This document shows, piece by piece, positions 9,258 to 18,084 of a stretch of 64,000 nucleotides of DNA; the first letter of the stretch is position 1, and every line of letters begins with the position of its first letter. Below the pieces are notes generated by a model. The model did no database searches. It saw only the letters and a list, made by a program, of their open reading frames with translations, and was not told where the DNA came from. The translations under genes and the position numbers were made by a program. This stretch comes from Candidatus Levyibacteriota bacterium (GTDB taxonomy: Bacteria > Patescibacteriota > Microgenomatia > Levybacterales > UBA12049), in the NCBI GenBank assembly GCA_016182235.1, contig JACOXT010000003.1, positions 2,209 to 66,208 of the forward strand, given 5' to 3'.

Positions 9258-10118
9258 ATGGATGAAAGCTCAGAAGAAGTAGTTGAAGATTTAAGAAAAC
9301 CAGAATCCCTTGAGGGAAAAGTTTTTTTAGTTAAGAAGGCATTTGGAGTCGCATCCAAGCATTTTGAAGCCCGAGAAGGCAAAGAGAATCCTAGATATAG
9401 CCATCTAGAATCCGTTGTTGATCTTGGTCATGTTATCCAACTTAGTGATGAGGAAATGACAAAAACTCTTCGAAAATTTGGCTCTGATATTGAAAAAGCC
9501 CAAATTATCCCTGCGATTTATATAGGGGAAAGGGGCGGGGCATTAGTAGATGCAGTGGTCACAAGGGAAGGCGTTGACGTTAAGTCATTACTTCTACTTC
9601 ATGAGTTTGTACATCGCGCTGCTGCTCAAGGAGAAATACAAAAAAATAAGGAACCATTCGACGAGCAGATGTATCAAATACTTGATTTTCCTAAAGAGGA
9701 AAGAGAAAAGATGAAAAGAAATTCTCTAGAGGAATATCAAGCTGAACTTGAAAACAGAAAAGTAGTAATGCGCATTTTTAATGAGGGGATTACCCAGTGG
9801 GCCACTCTTTATCTTGCTAATAAAGTTGAACAATTTAATCCTCCAATTACAGAGGAAGTTTATGCTGACGAAGTTTCGGCAATTATTGAGTCATTTCAAT
9901 CATCTTTGTCTCATAGAGGATTGTCTACGGATCAAGTCGAAGATCTTATGCTTGATTTAGCACTGACAGGTGATTTTTCAAAGATTAGATCAGCCTTATC
10001 CGTGAGCGAAGATCGAAAACAAGATGGTTACAGCTCTGATTTTTATACTTGCTTACTATTAGGATCAGTACGCGATAACTATGTTCTCAAGACCCTTGAT
10101 CGCGCTTTTGGACAATAG
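9258..10118 (+). CDS. Hypothetical protein with HExxH motif (putative Zn-metallopeptidase-like)
   Basis: LLLLHEFVHR at aa 111-120 (HEFVH at nt 9600-9614), with NEGITQW about 60 aa downstream. Otherwise unrecognised. Confidence 0.45.
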   Translation: MDESSEEVVEDLRKPESLEGKVFLVKKAFGVASKHFEAREGKENPRYSHLESVVDLGHVIQLSDEEMTKTLRKFGSDIEKAQIIPAIYIGERGGALVDAVVTREGVDVKSLLLLHEFVHRAAAQGEIQKNKEPFDEQMYQILDFPKEEREKMKRNSLEEYQAELENRKVVMRIFNEGITQWATLYLANKVEQFNPPITEEVYADEVSAIIESFQSSLSHRGLSTDQVEDLMLDLALTGDFSKIRSALSVSEDRKQDGYSSDFYTCLLLGSVRDNYVLKTLDRAFGQ

Positions 10119-10142
10119 AGCTGGGTTTCATCGTAATTTCTC

Positions 10143-10715
10143 ATGAACAATCGTTTTGTTAGGCAAAATTATGAAAAGTTGCTGATAAGTATTTAGCAAA
10201 AAGACACAAATTCAAAAATGACAAGTGTCTTGAAAAGCTAATATATTTACTTCCTTCTAGCTCGACAATCCTTGACATTGGTTGCGGAGCAGGAATTCCG
10301 ATTGACAGTTTCTTAATTGTCAAAGGACGTAAAGTAATTGGGATTGATATTTCCAAGAGGCAATTTGCCCTTGCGAAAAAACTTATTCCGCAAGGACGAT
10401 CAGAAGTTAAATATGTCATATCTTAAAGAGAAAGAATACTTGGTTGATGCAGTAGTTTCATTTTATGCAATTTTCCATACTACTCGGGACGCCCATCAAG
10501 ATATTCTTAAAAAGATTTATTCGTTCTTAGGAAAAAATGGGTTTATTTTAATCACAATGGGCGCAAGTGAATGGGAAGAGAAAGAAGATAATTTTTTTGA
10601 AGGAGTAATGTATTGGAACCATTATGGCGCAAAGACAAAAAGAAGATTAGTTGAAAAAATAGGATTTAATGCGCTGTTGGATGAGATAGACGCATCTGGC
10701 GGCGAAAAACACTAA
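10143..10715 (+). pseudogene. Class I SAM-dependent methyltransferase disrupted by two frameshifts
   Basis: Three pieces in two frames. MNNRFVRQNYEK occupies 10143-10177. (V)ADKYLAKR...ILDIGCGAGIPID...VIGIDIS occupies 10178-10426 and ends at a TAA. MSYLKEKEYLVDAVVSFYAIFH...GFILIT occupies 10413-10715. Read together they make a normal methyltransferase. Confidence 0.6.
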
Positions 10716-10748
10716 GTAATCCTCGCACAGAGAGCTTGATACAAGTTT

Positions 10749-11366
10749 CTAACCAGTTTTATCATTGACCTGCCAGAGGATTGCGCAGGCATAGGTGCGA
10801 TATGGAGACCATTTTTTAGAGATTTTTTCAATTTGCTTTCGCGTTGGTTCTTTTCTAAAACCATAAAGTTTTTTGATTGCTTTCCGAAGCCCTAAGTCTC
10901 CATGAGAGAAAACATCTTGACGGGCAAGAGAGAACATAATAAACATTTCAGCTGTCCAAGGTCCAATACCTTTTATTTTTGTAAGTTCTCTTATTGCCTC
11001 TTCATCTGTCATGTTATCGAGTTTTTCAAATTCTAATTCTTTATTTACCACTTTTTGAGCTAAAGATTTTATAAATCTTGCTTTTGCATTTGATGTTCCG
11101 GCTGCTCTTATTTCTTCGTGTGTTAATTTTGTAGTATATTCGGGAGTTATTCTTCTGTCTGGATACAGTTTTTGGAATCTTTCATAAATTGTCGCACTTG
11201 CCTTATCTGAAAGCTGTTGATTTATGATTTCGCCGCAAAGCTTTTTGAAATAATCTTTTGAAGAAGCCTTTTCTAAAGGATAAAGATCTTTTATTGATGC
11301 ATAGAGAATAATATCAACTTTCTTGAAATGGTTTTTAATTTTTTGAAGAAGATGATTTTCTGCCAT
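10749..11366 (-). CDS. HhH-GPD DNA glycosylase (3-methyladenine DNA glycosylase II-like)
   Basis: LTKIKGIGPWTAEMFIMF and HGDLGLRKA are present. The start is set at MAENH (11366). The longer track ORF adds a non-homologous hydrophobic extension that runs through the divergent promoter. Confidence 0.65.
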   Translation of the reverse strand: MAENHLLQKIKNHFKKVDIILYASIKDLYPLEKASSKDYFKKLCGEIINQQLSDKASATIYERFQKLYPDRRITPEYTTKLTHEEIRAAGTSNAKARFIKSLAQKVVNKELEFEKLDNMTDEEAIRELTKIKGIGPWTAEMFIMFSLARQDVFSHGDLGLRKAIKKLYGFRKEPTRKQIEKISKKWSPYRTYACAILWQVNDKTG

Positions 11367-11369
11367 TTG

Positions 11370-11378
11370 TGGTATAAT
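11370..11378 (+). promoter_or_regulatory. Extended -10 element (TGgTATAAT) 7 nt upstream of the 11386 ATG
   Basis: tgg-tataat at 11370-11378. Only aacatat separates it from the start codon, and there is no SD. Confidence 0.4.
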
Positions 11379-11385
11379 AACATAT

Positions 11386-11640
11386 ATGACGCAAAAGAGC
11401 GAGGAAACATTTAAAGTAAAAGGCGAGAAACTTCTTGGGAAAGTGAAGGAATTGGTGCGTGAGGGGAATGTCAGAAGAATTATCATAAAAGACAAAAAAG
11501 GCAAGGTTTTGGTTGAGTTTCCCTTGACCTTAGGAGTTGTTGGAGCGGTCCTTGCTCCAATGCTAGCTGCAATTGGTGCGATCGCTGCACTAGTTACTGA
11601 GTGTTCAATAACAATTCAAAGAGAAGTGGAGAAAAAGTAA
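11386..11640 (+). CDS. DUF4342 domain protein
   Basis: EETFKVKGEKLLGKVKELVREGNVRRIIIKD.KGKVLVEFPLTLGVVGAVLAPMLAAIGAIAALVT matches the DUF4342 pattern. Confidence 0.6.
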   Translation: MTQKSEETFKVKGEKLLGKVKELVREGNVRRIIIKDKKGKVLVEFPLTLGVVGAVLAPMLAAIGAIAALVTECSITIQREVEKK

Positions 11641-11643
11641 TAT

Positions 11644-13011
11644 TTATTCTAAGTTGCTACATGCGATCTTTATCCCTTCGCTAAATGTTGGATACGCGTG
11701 AATCATCCTTGCAAGCGTTTCGGCTTTTACTCTTAGATTGATAGCTAAAGCAAGCTCATGGATCATCTCACCACCCCTCGGAGCAACAATTGATGCGCCA
11801 ATGATAACTCCTTTTTTATCAGTAATTACTTTCACAAATCCATCGAACTCTTCAGAGGTATTAGCACGTCCCAATATTGAGATTGCCGCAAGCCCCTTTT
11901 TAATTTTGATTCCCTTTTCTTTGGCCTGCGTTTCTGATAATCCAATAGAGGCAACTTCAGGAGTTATAAAAACACATCTTGGGATAGCCTTATAATCAAC
12001 TGAGATTTTATTGCGTGAGAAAGCGTTATGGGAAGCGATATAGCTTTGATATTCTCCAGAGTGAGTAAAAAGATATGGCCCAACTACGTCTCCTGCAGCA
12101 AAAATATTAGATGAGGTTGTTTGTAAATATTTATTTACTAGAATTCCAGAATGGTTAATTCGAACTTTCGCCTTTTCAAGACCAAGATCAAGATTAGGAG
12201 TTTTGCCTGTTGCGACAAGAATTTCTTTAACTTCGGTTGATTCATGCTTTCCTCCATAAACATAAGAGACAATTTTTTTACCATTGACTTTTTCAACTCT
12301 ATCCACAGTAACACCATTTAATACTGTTATTTTTCTATTTTCAAATAGAGCTTGCACCAGTTCAATTACCTCTTTATCCTCATTTGACAAAATGGTAGAT
12401 CTTGTTGCTATCGTCACTTTTGTTCCAAAAATTGAGAAAATTTGTGCAAATTCACATGCTACTGGCCCTCCGCCTATAATAAAAAGTGATTCCGGAGGTT
12501 TTTTTAAGTCTGAAGCTTCTTTAAAAGTAATATATTCTGATTCTTGAAGACCAATAATCTTTGGAATAAAGACTGAAGATCCTGATGCAATGATAAATTT
12601 GCGAGAACTAAAGCGTATTCCGATAGATTCAATTTCATAAGGAGAGACAAAAGTGGCCTTATGGGGAACTACATGGATTCCGTTTTTTTCAAAAACTTCT
12701 TTTCCATGCGCTGCACCGGTTCTTGAAACAACCAGATTTTTTCTCTTATGAATTTGTTCAAAGTCTACGGATAAATTTTTTACATTGATGCCAAAAGCTT
12801 GTGCGTTTTTTATAGTTTCAAGAATTTCTCCTGATTGTAAAAGCGCTTTTGTTGGAACGCAGGCAAAATTTGGACATTCTCCGCCAATTACTCCTTTTTC
12901 AAAAATTGCAACCTTTTTGCCAATTCGGGCGGCATAATGTGCCCCAACGCTTCCTCCGGCACCTGAACCAATAACAATAAGGTCGTAATCATGTTTTTTA
13001 AGTCTTAACAT
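11644..13011 (-). CDS. Class I FAD-dependent pyridine nucleotide-disulfide oxidoreductase (dihydrolipoamide dehydrogenase/glutathione reductase-like)
   Basis: It has the GxGxxG motif DLIVIGSGAGG, the redox-active disulfide GGECPNFACVPTK, and the C-terminal interface motif HAYPTFSEG. Confidence 0.8.
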   Translation of the reverse strand: MLRLKKHDYDLIVIGSGAGGSVGAHYAARIGKKVAIFEKGVIGGECPNFACVPTKALLQSGEILETIKNAQAFGINVKNLSVDFEQIHKRKNLVVSRTGAAHGKEVFEKNGIHVVPHKATFVSPYEIESIGIRFSSRKFIIASGSSVFIPKIIGLQESEYITFKEASDLKKPPESLFIIGGGPVACEFAQIFSIFGTKVTIATRSTILSNEDKEVIELVQALFENRKITVLNGVTVDRVEKVNGKKIVSYVYGGKHESTEVKEILVATGKTPNLDLGLEKAKVRINHSGILVNKYLQTTSSNIFAAGDVVGPYLFTHSGEYQSYIASHNAFSRNKISVDYKAIPRCVFITPEVASIGLSETQAKEKGIKIKKGLAAISILGRANTSEEFDGFVKVITDKKGVIIGASIVAPRGGEMIHELALAINLRVKAETLARMIHAYPTFSEGIKIACSNLE

Positions 13012-13017
13012 TTTTCA

Positions 13018-13722
13018 TTAACCGAAATTTATCGTCCCATTTGCTATAAGAATCAAAAGCCAGCCAAGACCAATCAACATGAGTCCAATCATCAGACGCA
13101 TATAGCCTTTGCTTCCTTCTTTCCAATTTTGTATTGCGCTTATTTTTGTTCCTCCTGCGACAAGGAATAAAATAACAACTAATGGAAGTACAAAAATTAT
13201 ATTGTATAGAATTAGAAGGAGGAAGGCCGCGAAATTAAAATTTAACGAAAGAACAGTGATGATTGCCAAGTAAGGTGCTCCGGTACAGGGTAATTCAACT
13301 CCTGCAATGAACGCTCCCAAAAATATAACTCCTGGAATTGTTAGGTTTTTAGAAAACTTGTGAATCTTATTTGAGAAATATGAGGGTATTTGAAGAGAAA
13401 AACCTTTTCCATACCAGTAAAAATCTTTTATCTCAAGAAGGCCAGCCAGAATGATAATGCCTCCAACAACAAGAGCCAAATATTCTGCGACAAATAATGG
13501 TATACTTGCTAAGAAATAAATTAGCCCGAGACCTGCCAATAAATATGTGAGAAAAATAGCAAATATATATAATCCTCCCAAAGTCAAAAGTCTTCTTACC
13601 GATCCTTTGCCTCCCATTACAACAGATACCATAAGAATCAAAACTCCTATTGCGCAAGGATTTATCGAGTCAATTGCGGCAGATATGACAACTAACGATA
13701 GCGTTGGCAACTCAATTCCCAT
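13018..13722 (-). CDS. CcdA/DsbD-family thiol-disulfide transporter-like membrane protein
   Basis: 234 aa with about 6 TM helices and two membrane-embedded Cys motifs (DSINPCAIG and ELPCTGAPY). Confidence 0.6.
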   Translation of the reverse strand: MGIELPTLSLVVISAAIDSINPCAIGVLILMVSVVMGGKGSVRRLLTLGGLYIFAIFLTYLLAGLGLIYFLASIPLFVAEYLALVVGGIIILAGLLEIKDFYWYGKGFSLQIPSYFSNKIHKFSKNLTIPGVIFLGAFIAGVELPCTGAPYLAIITVLSLNFNFAAFLLLILYNIIFVLPLVVILFLVAGGTKISAIQNWKEGSKGYMRLMIGLMLIGLGWLLILIANGTINFG

Positions 13723-14458
13723 ATTTTAGTCCTCTTATTTTTCCTAAAGCTTCCTGGACCTTAAAGCTTCTGCAAAGTTTGTCGGTTTTGTTTTTAAACT
13801 CACCGAATTCAATAATAATACAGTCTCCTGGTGGTACATTTGTATGGGGAGAAATGACGTAGTTTGCCGGATCATCAATTTTCTCTTGATAAAAAATTCC
13901 GTTTTGAGTTTTGTATACAAAAACCTGAAGCTGTCCTATGGCTCCATTTTGGCACATATAGTTGGATTTTAATGTAAGGGGTCCATTGTGAGTTCGAATA
14001 GATAATGAATTTGGAGTTATATAACCTCCTAATTCCTCGAAAAAATTGCCAAGGCTTGCGCTAAGATTGTCCACAACAACCCCCTCAAGATGAATTCTGG
14101 AGTCATTATGTTCATGAAGGGTAGATGTACCAACTTTATTTTCTAAACCTTCCGGATCTTCAAGTTCAATTTCTTCTCCGCAATTCCAAATTTCAAAATC
14201 AGCATGGTAATGAACAGGACCCTTACTCAAAGATACGGTATTGAGATAAATAGTGGAACCCATCAAAAATAATGTTACAGAAATTACAATTGCTACAATA
14301 GAAAAGAATAAGATTTTTTTAAGAGAATTGGACAATTTTTTGCTTGCCAAAGAAATAAATACAAGAATTAGCAATAAAATCGAGCCATAAATTGTGACTT
14401 GTATGGAATAGGAAGAAATTATTGTGTCAATTTGCATAACTATATCCACTATATGCAA
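13712..14458 (-). CDS. Membrane-anchored exported protein with paired His motifs
   Basis: N-terminal TM helices are followed by HYHADFEIWNCGEEIEL...TLHEHNDSRIHLEG. Function is unknown. It is tightly packed between the ATPase and CcdA-like genes. Confidence 0.5.
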   Translation of the reverse strand: MHIVDIVMQIDTIISSYSIQVTIYGSILLLILVFISLASKKLSNSLKKILFFSIVAIVISVTLFLMGSTIYLNTVSLSKGPVHYHADFEIWNCGEEIELEDPEGLENKVGTSTLHEHNDSRIHLEGVVVDNLSASLGNFFEELGGYITPNSLSIRTHNGPLTLKSNYMCQNGAIGQLQVFVYKTQNGIFYQEKIDDPANYVISPHTNVPPGDCIIIEFGEFKNKTDKLCRSFKVQEALGKIRGLKYGN

Positions 14459-14461
14459 TTT

Positions 14462-17161
14462 TTATGTTTGGGGCAAGTGGTATTTGTACGTTAAACTTAG
14501 AAGCCTTAAGATTGACTTAAATACGATCCACAATACGAAACACGATAAGATAATATATATAGACTCAAATAATCTTAAATTTTCTATCTTAAAAAGATTG
14601 GAGACAAAGGGGACATAGGCAATTAAAGCTTGAATAGCAACCGTTACAAAAACAGCAAGAACAAGCCACACATTTGAAAAAAAAGAAGTTTTGAAGCGTG
14701 AGCGAATGATATAAAGCATAATAAGCTCAAGCATAACTATTGCTGTAAACGCTGAAGCCCGAGCTTGAGAGGTCCCCTCATTAATGCTTATCGAAAATAT
14801 TCCAAGTACGGCTATAGTCATAAGCAGTCCGTATATGAACATCTCTGCCAAGAGTTTTTTATTAATGATTTTTCCTTGAAATAATTTTGGAGAATGATTT
14901 AAAATTCCCTTTTCGGGAGGATCAAGTCCCAAGGCAACTGCCGGCAGCCCGTCTGTAACCACATTTATCCACAAAAGCATAGTTGCGGTCAAGGGAAGTT
15001 TTTGGAAAATCATTAACCCGATAAAAACTACCAAAACTTCTCCGATATTACATGAAAGAAGATAATTTACGAATTTAGAAATATTTTGAAATATTCCGCG
15101 TCCTTCCTCAATCGCAGAGACGATTGTTGAGAAATGATCATCCAAAAGAACCATGTCTGAGGCTTCTTTCGCGACATCAGTTCCAGAGATTCCCATTGCA
15201 ATTCCAATATCTGCTCTTTTTAGAGCGGGAGCATCATTTACTCCGTCTCCAGTCATGGCAACAATATGGCCTTTTTTCTTAAGCGCATCAACTATTCTCA
15301 TTTTTACGCTAGGATTTACCCGTGCATAAATACTTATATTCTCAACTTTATCTTCAAATTCCTGATCAGTCATTTTGTCTAAGTCGTCTCCAGTTAGAGT
15401 ACTGCCTGTAATTCCAACGTCTTTCGCAACTGCTTGTGCTGTCAGACTATGATCGCCAGTAATCATAATCACACGAATACCAGAATTATCCAGATTCTCG
15501 ATAAGGCTTTTTACTTCTGCTCTCGGAGGGTCAATCATGCCCTGGATTCCAACAAATGTGAGGTCTTTCTCAAGATTTTTTTCATCTTTCAATTGTTCTT
15601 TATACTCCGCTTCAGTCAGTTTTTTATATCCAAATCCAAGGCTCCTTAAGGCTTTGGAGGACATCTCTTCATTGATTTTCAGGATATTTTTTCTATCCTC
15701 CCTTGTAATCGTTGGTTCTTTTTCTTTTTTTAATACATAAGAACACTTTGCTAAGATAATTTCCGGGGCGCCTTTTGTGTAGATAAGATAAGTTTCTCTA
15801 TCTCTTAGAACTATAGACATAAGTTTTCTTTCACTCGTGAATGGAATTTCGTGTACACGGTCTAGATTGGTATTGACTTCTCCTTTTTTTGCACTCACAA
15901 GAAGGGCTATTTCCGTAGGGTCTCCTATTTTATTTTCAGAAGACAAAGAAGCGTTGTTGCACAAAAGGCCAATTTCAAGAAGGAGTTTAAATATGTTCGG
16001 ATTGACCTTTTTATTCCTCAAGCTAAATTCCCCAGAAGTTTCGTATCCAACGCCAGAAACCTCGTAATTTAGGCCATCATAATAAATATTGCGAACTGTC
16101 ATCTCCCCGCGAGTTAAAGTGCCTGTTTTATCAGAGCAAATAATATCAGTTGAGCCAAGAGTCTCGACAGAGTTTAGCTTTCTAATAAGCGCATTTTTTT
16201 TAAGCATTCTTTGTGTGCCAAAAGCTAAAGAAATAGTTACAACCGCTGCCAATCCTTCAGGGACTGCAGCAACAGCCAAAGCAACGGAGGCTATAAAAGA
16301 GTGTATAATCCGCTGAGTAAGAGACAGTGTATTAAAGTCTTTGGCAAGAAACACAATAAAGACAAAAACAAGAAGACATATTCCTAAAATAATATATCCA
16401 ATCATTTTTCCAACCTCATCTAATCTTTTTTGGATTGGTGTTTGGTCCTCTTTTGTCTCGGAGACATCCCTCGCGATCTTGCCGATTATTGTTTGGTTTC
16501 CTGTTGTTATTACAATTCCCATTCCGCGTCCTGAGGCAACCGAAGTACCAGAGAAGACCATATTTTTCTGATCAGCGATTTGTTTGTTTCCTGTTAAAAC
16601 ATTTACTTCTTTTCCAACAGGATTGGATTCTCCGGTAAGAGGCGCTTCGTTTACTCTTAAGCTAAATGCTTTAATTATCCTTATATCTCCCGGTATTTTT
16701 GCTCCTTCTTCAAGAACCACAATATCTCCCGGAACAAGATATTTTACGTCTATTTCCTGTGTTTTACCTTGTCTTACCACTTTTGTTTTATATGCAAGAA
16801 TTTTTTTAAGTGCTTCTATTGCCTTTTCCGCCTTGAACTCCTGGACAAATCCCAAAATAGTCGTCATCAAAATAATTGCAAGTATTAATCCTGCCTCGAT
16901 AAGATTTGAGGCATCACGATCTCCAAGAAAATAAATAAAAAAAATTAGGAAAGTTGCGGCAAGAAGAATAATGGTTAAAGTGTTCTTGAATTGTTTTAAA
17001 TAGAGGGAAATAAGTGATGCTTTTTTTGGAGGCTTAAGTTGATTTAACCCGTACTCTTTAAGTCGTTTTTCTGCCTCATCATTTGACAATCCAGATTCAG
17101 TCGTGTTAAGTTTTTCTAAAATGCTTTCTATCGGTTGAGAATAAGGGTTTTGTAACTGCAT
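14462..17161 (-). CDS. P-type cation-transporting ATPase (P2/Ca2+-ATPase-like)
   Basis: Motifs LTGES, ICSDKTGTLT, PEGLAAVVTISLA, MITGDH and MTGDGVNDAPALK are present. 899 aa. Confidence 0.9.
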   Translation of the reverse strand: MQLQNPYSQPIESILEKLNTTESGLSNDEAEKRLKEYGLNQLKPPKKASLISLYLKQFKNTLTIILLAATFLIFFIYFLGDRDASNLIEAGLILAIILMTTILGFVQEFKAEKAIEALKKILAYKTKVVRQGKTQEIDVKYLVPGDIVVLEEGAKIPGDIRIIKAFSLRVNEAPLTGESNPVGKEVNVLTGNKQIADQKNMVFSGTSVASGRGMGIVITTGNQTIIGKIARDVSETKEDQTPIQKRLDEVGKMIGYIILGICLLVFVFIVFLAKDFNTLSLTQRIIHSFIASVALAVAAVPEGLAAVVTISLAFGTQRMLKKNALIRKLNSVETLGSTDIICSDKTGTLTRGEMTVRNIYYDGLNYEVSGVGYETSGEFSLRNKKVNPNIFKLLLEIGLLCNNASLSSENKIGDPTEIALLVSAKKGEVNTNLDRVHEIPFTSERKLMSIVLRDRETYLIYTKGAPEIILAKCSYVLKKEKEPTITREDRKNILKINEEMSSKALRSLGFGYKKLTEAEYKEQLKDEKNLEKDLTFVGIQGMIDPPRAEVKSLIENLDNSGIRVIMITGDHSLTAQAVAKDVGITGSTLTGDDLDKMTDQEFEDKVENISIYARVNPSVKMRIVDALKKKGHIVAMTGDGVNDAPALKRADIGIAMGISGTDVAKEASDMVLLDDHFSTIVSAIEEGRGIFQNISKFVNYLLSCNIGEVLVVFIGLMIFQKLPLTATMLLWINVVTDGLPAVALGLDPPEKGILNHSPKLFQGKIINKKLLAEMFIYGLLMTIAVLGIFSISINEGTSQARASAFTAIVMLELIMLYIIRSRFKTSFFSNVWLVLAVFVTVAIQALIAYVPFVSNLFKIENLRLFESIYIILSCFVLWIVFKSILRLLSLTYKYHLPQT

Positions 17162-17189
17162 AATTTAACTATACGTAAAACGCTTAACC

Positions 17190-17219
17190 TTGACAAGCAG
17201 TTTTATAGCATGTTACTAT
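17190..17219 (+). promoter_or_regulatory. Sigma70-type promoter (TTGACA-N18-TGtTACTAT)
   Basis: ttgaca at 17190-17195 and tgt-tactat at 17211-17219, with the ATG at 17230. Confidence 0.45.
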
Positions 17220-17229
17220 CCGAAACATT

Positions 17230-17904
17230 ATGACAATGGAGTATTTGAAAGGAGAATTGTTAAAAACTGGTAACCCGAGTGATTCAGAATATGCAAAGGG
17301 GATTGCTGATATGCTTAGATCAAGAGGTGCAGATATTCCTTTACCTTCAGAATTTCGTCAATTTACAGATCGAGAAAAAGAATCTTTAAAAAACGATGGA
17401 GCAATTATTTATGAATTAAATGGAGAAACAATTTTAGATCAAATGAATAAAGGAAGATTATTTGGGTATGTAGCGCGTGGAGGAAATAGATTGCTAAGGG
17501 TACCATCATTGAGAACTCAGGTGGCTATTTATCTTGATCCAGAAAAATTCTTTATATCAAATAGCAATAAAGAGTTATTGGCTCAGGAAAAATTAGCTGA
17601 GAGGGATAGTCAAGAATTAAGAGATAAATTGGGTTTTGATAGTTTAACTGTAATTATTCCAAATCAAGCATCTACTCTTACAGAATTAGCTTTTAAACAT
17701 TTAGATGAAACAGGAGTTTGGTTATTTGGGAGAGGCTATAGTTATCTTTATGGTAGAACTAACAATCCAGTAAATGAAACTGGATCTAATGTTGCTCATG
17801 TTGGCAACTCCAACCCTAGTAATGGTATCAGCATCGGTTACTGGCCGAGTCGCAATGGCAGTCGCTGGGTTTACGTTGTTCGACTAATTGTGGCAATAAG
17901 ATAG
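17230..17904 (+). CDS. Hypothetical protein
   Basis: 224-aa ORF downstream of a consensus promoter. No family recognised. Confidence 0.45.
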   Translation: MTMEYLKGELLKTGNPSDSEYAKGIADMLRSRGADIPLPSEFRQFTDREKESLKNDGAIIYELNGETILDQMNKGRLFGYVARGGNRLLRVPSLRTQVAIYLDPEKFFISNSNKELLAQEKLAERDSQELRDKLGFDSLTVIIPNQASTLTELAFKHLDETGVWLFGRGYSYLYGRTNNPVNETGSNVAHVGNSNPSNGISIGYWPSRNGSRWVYVVRLIVAIR

Positions 17905-17953
17905 ACAGAATCTAATCCTTGACAAATGGCCTTGTAATTTTTTAAAGTAAATT

Positions 17954-18073
17954 ATGGGGATTTTTGGTTTGATGTCGGGAAAGAAAAAGAGCAGTAAAAA
18001 GGCGATAGCTCGTAAAATTATTCGTTCAAAAAGAAAGCAAAGAAAAAAGTCCAACAACTGCGAATTCTGCTAA
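17954..18073 (+). CDS. Possible 39-aa highly basic peptide (MGIFGLMSGKKKSSKKAIARKIIRSKRKQRKKSNNCEFC)
   Basis: It is below the ORF-track cutoff. TTGACA (17919-17924)-N18-TAAAGT (17943-17948) lies 5 nt upstream of the ATG. Confidence 0.3.
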   Translation: MGIFGLMSGKKKSSKKAIARKIIRSKRKQRKKSNNCEFC

Positions 18074-18084
18074 AATCCATTCCT

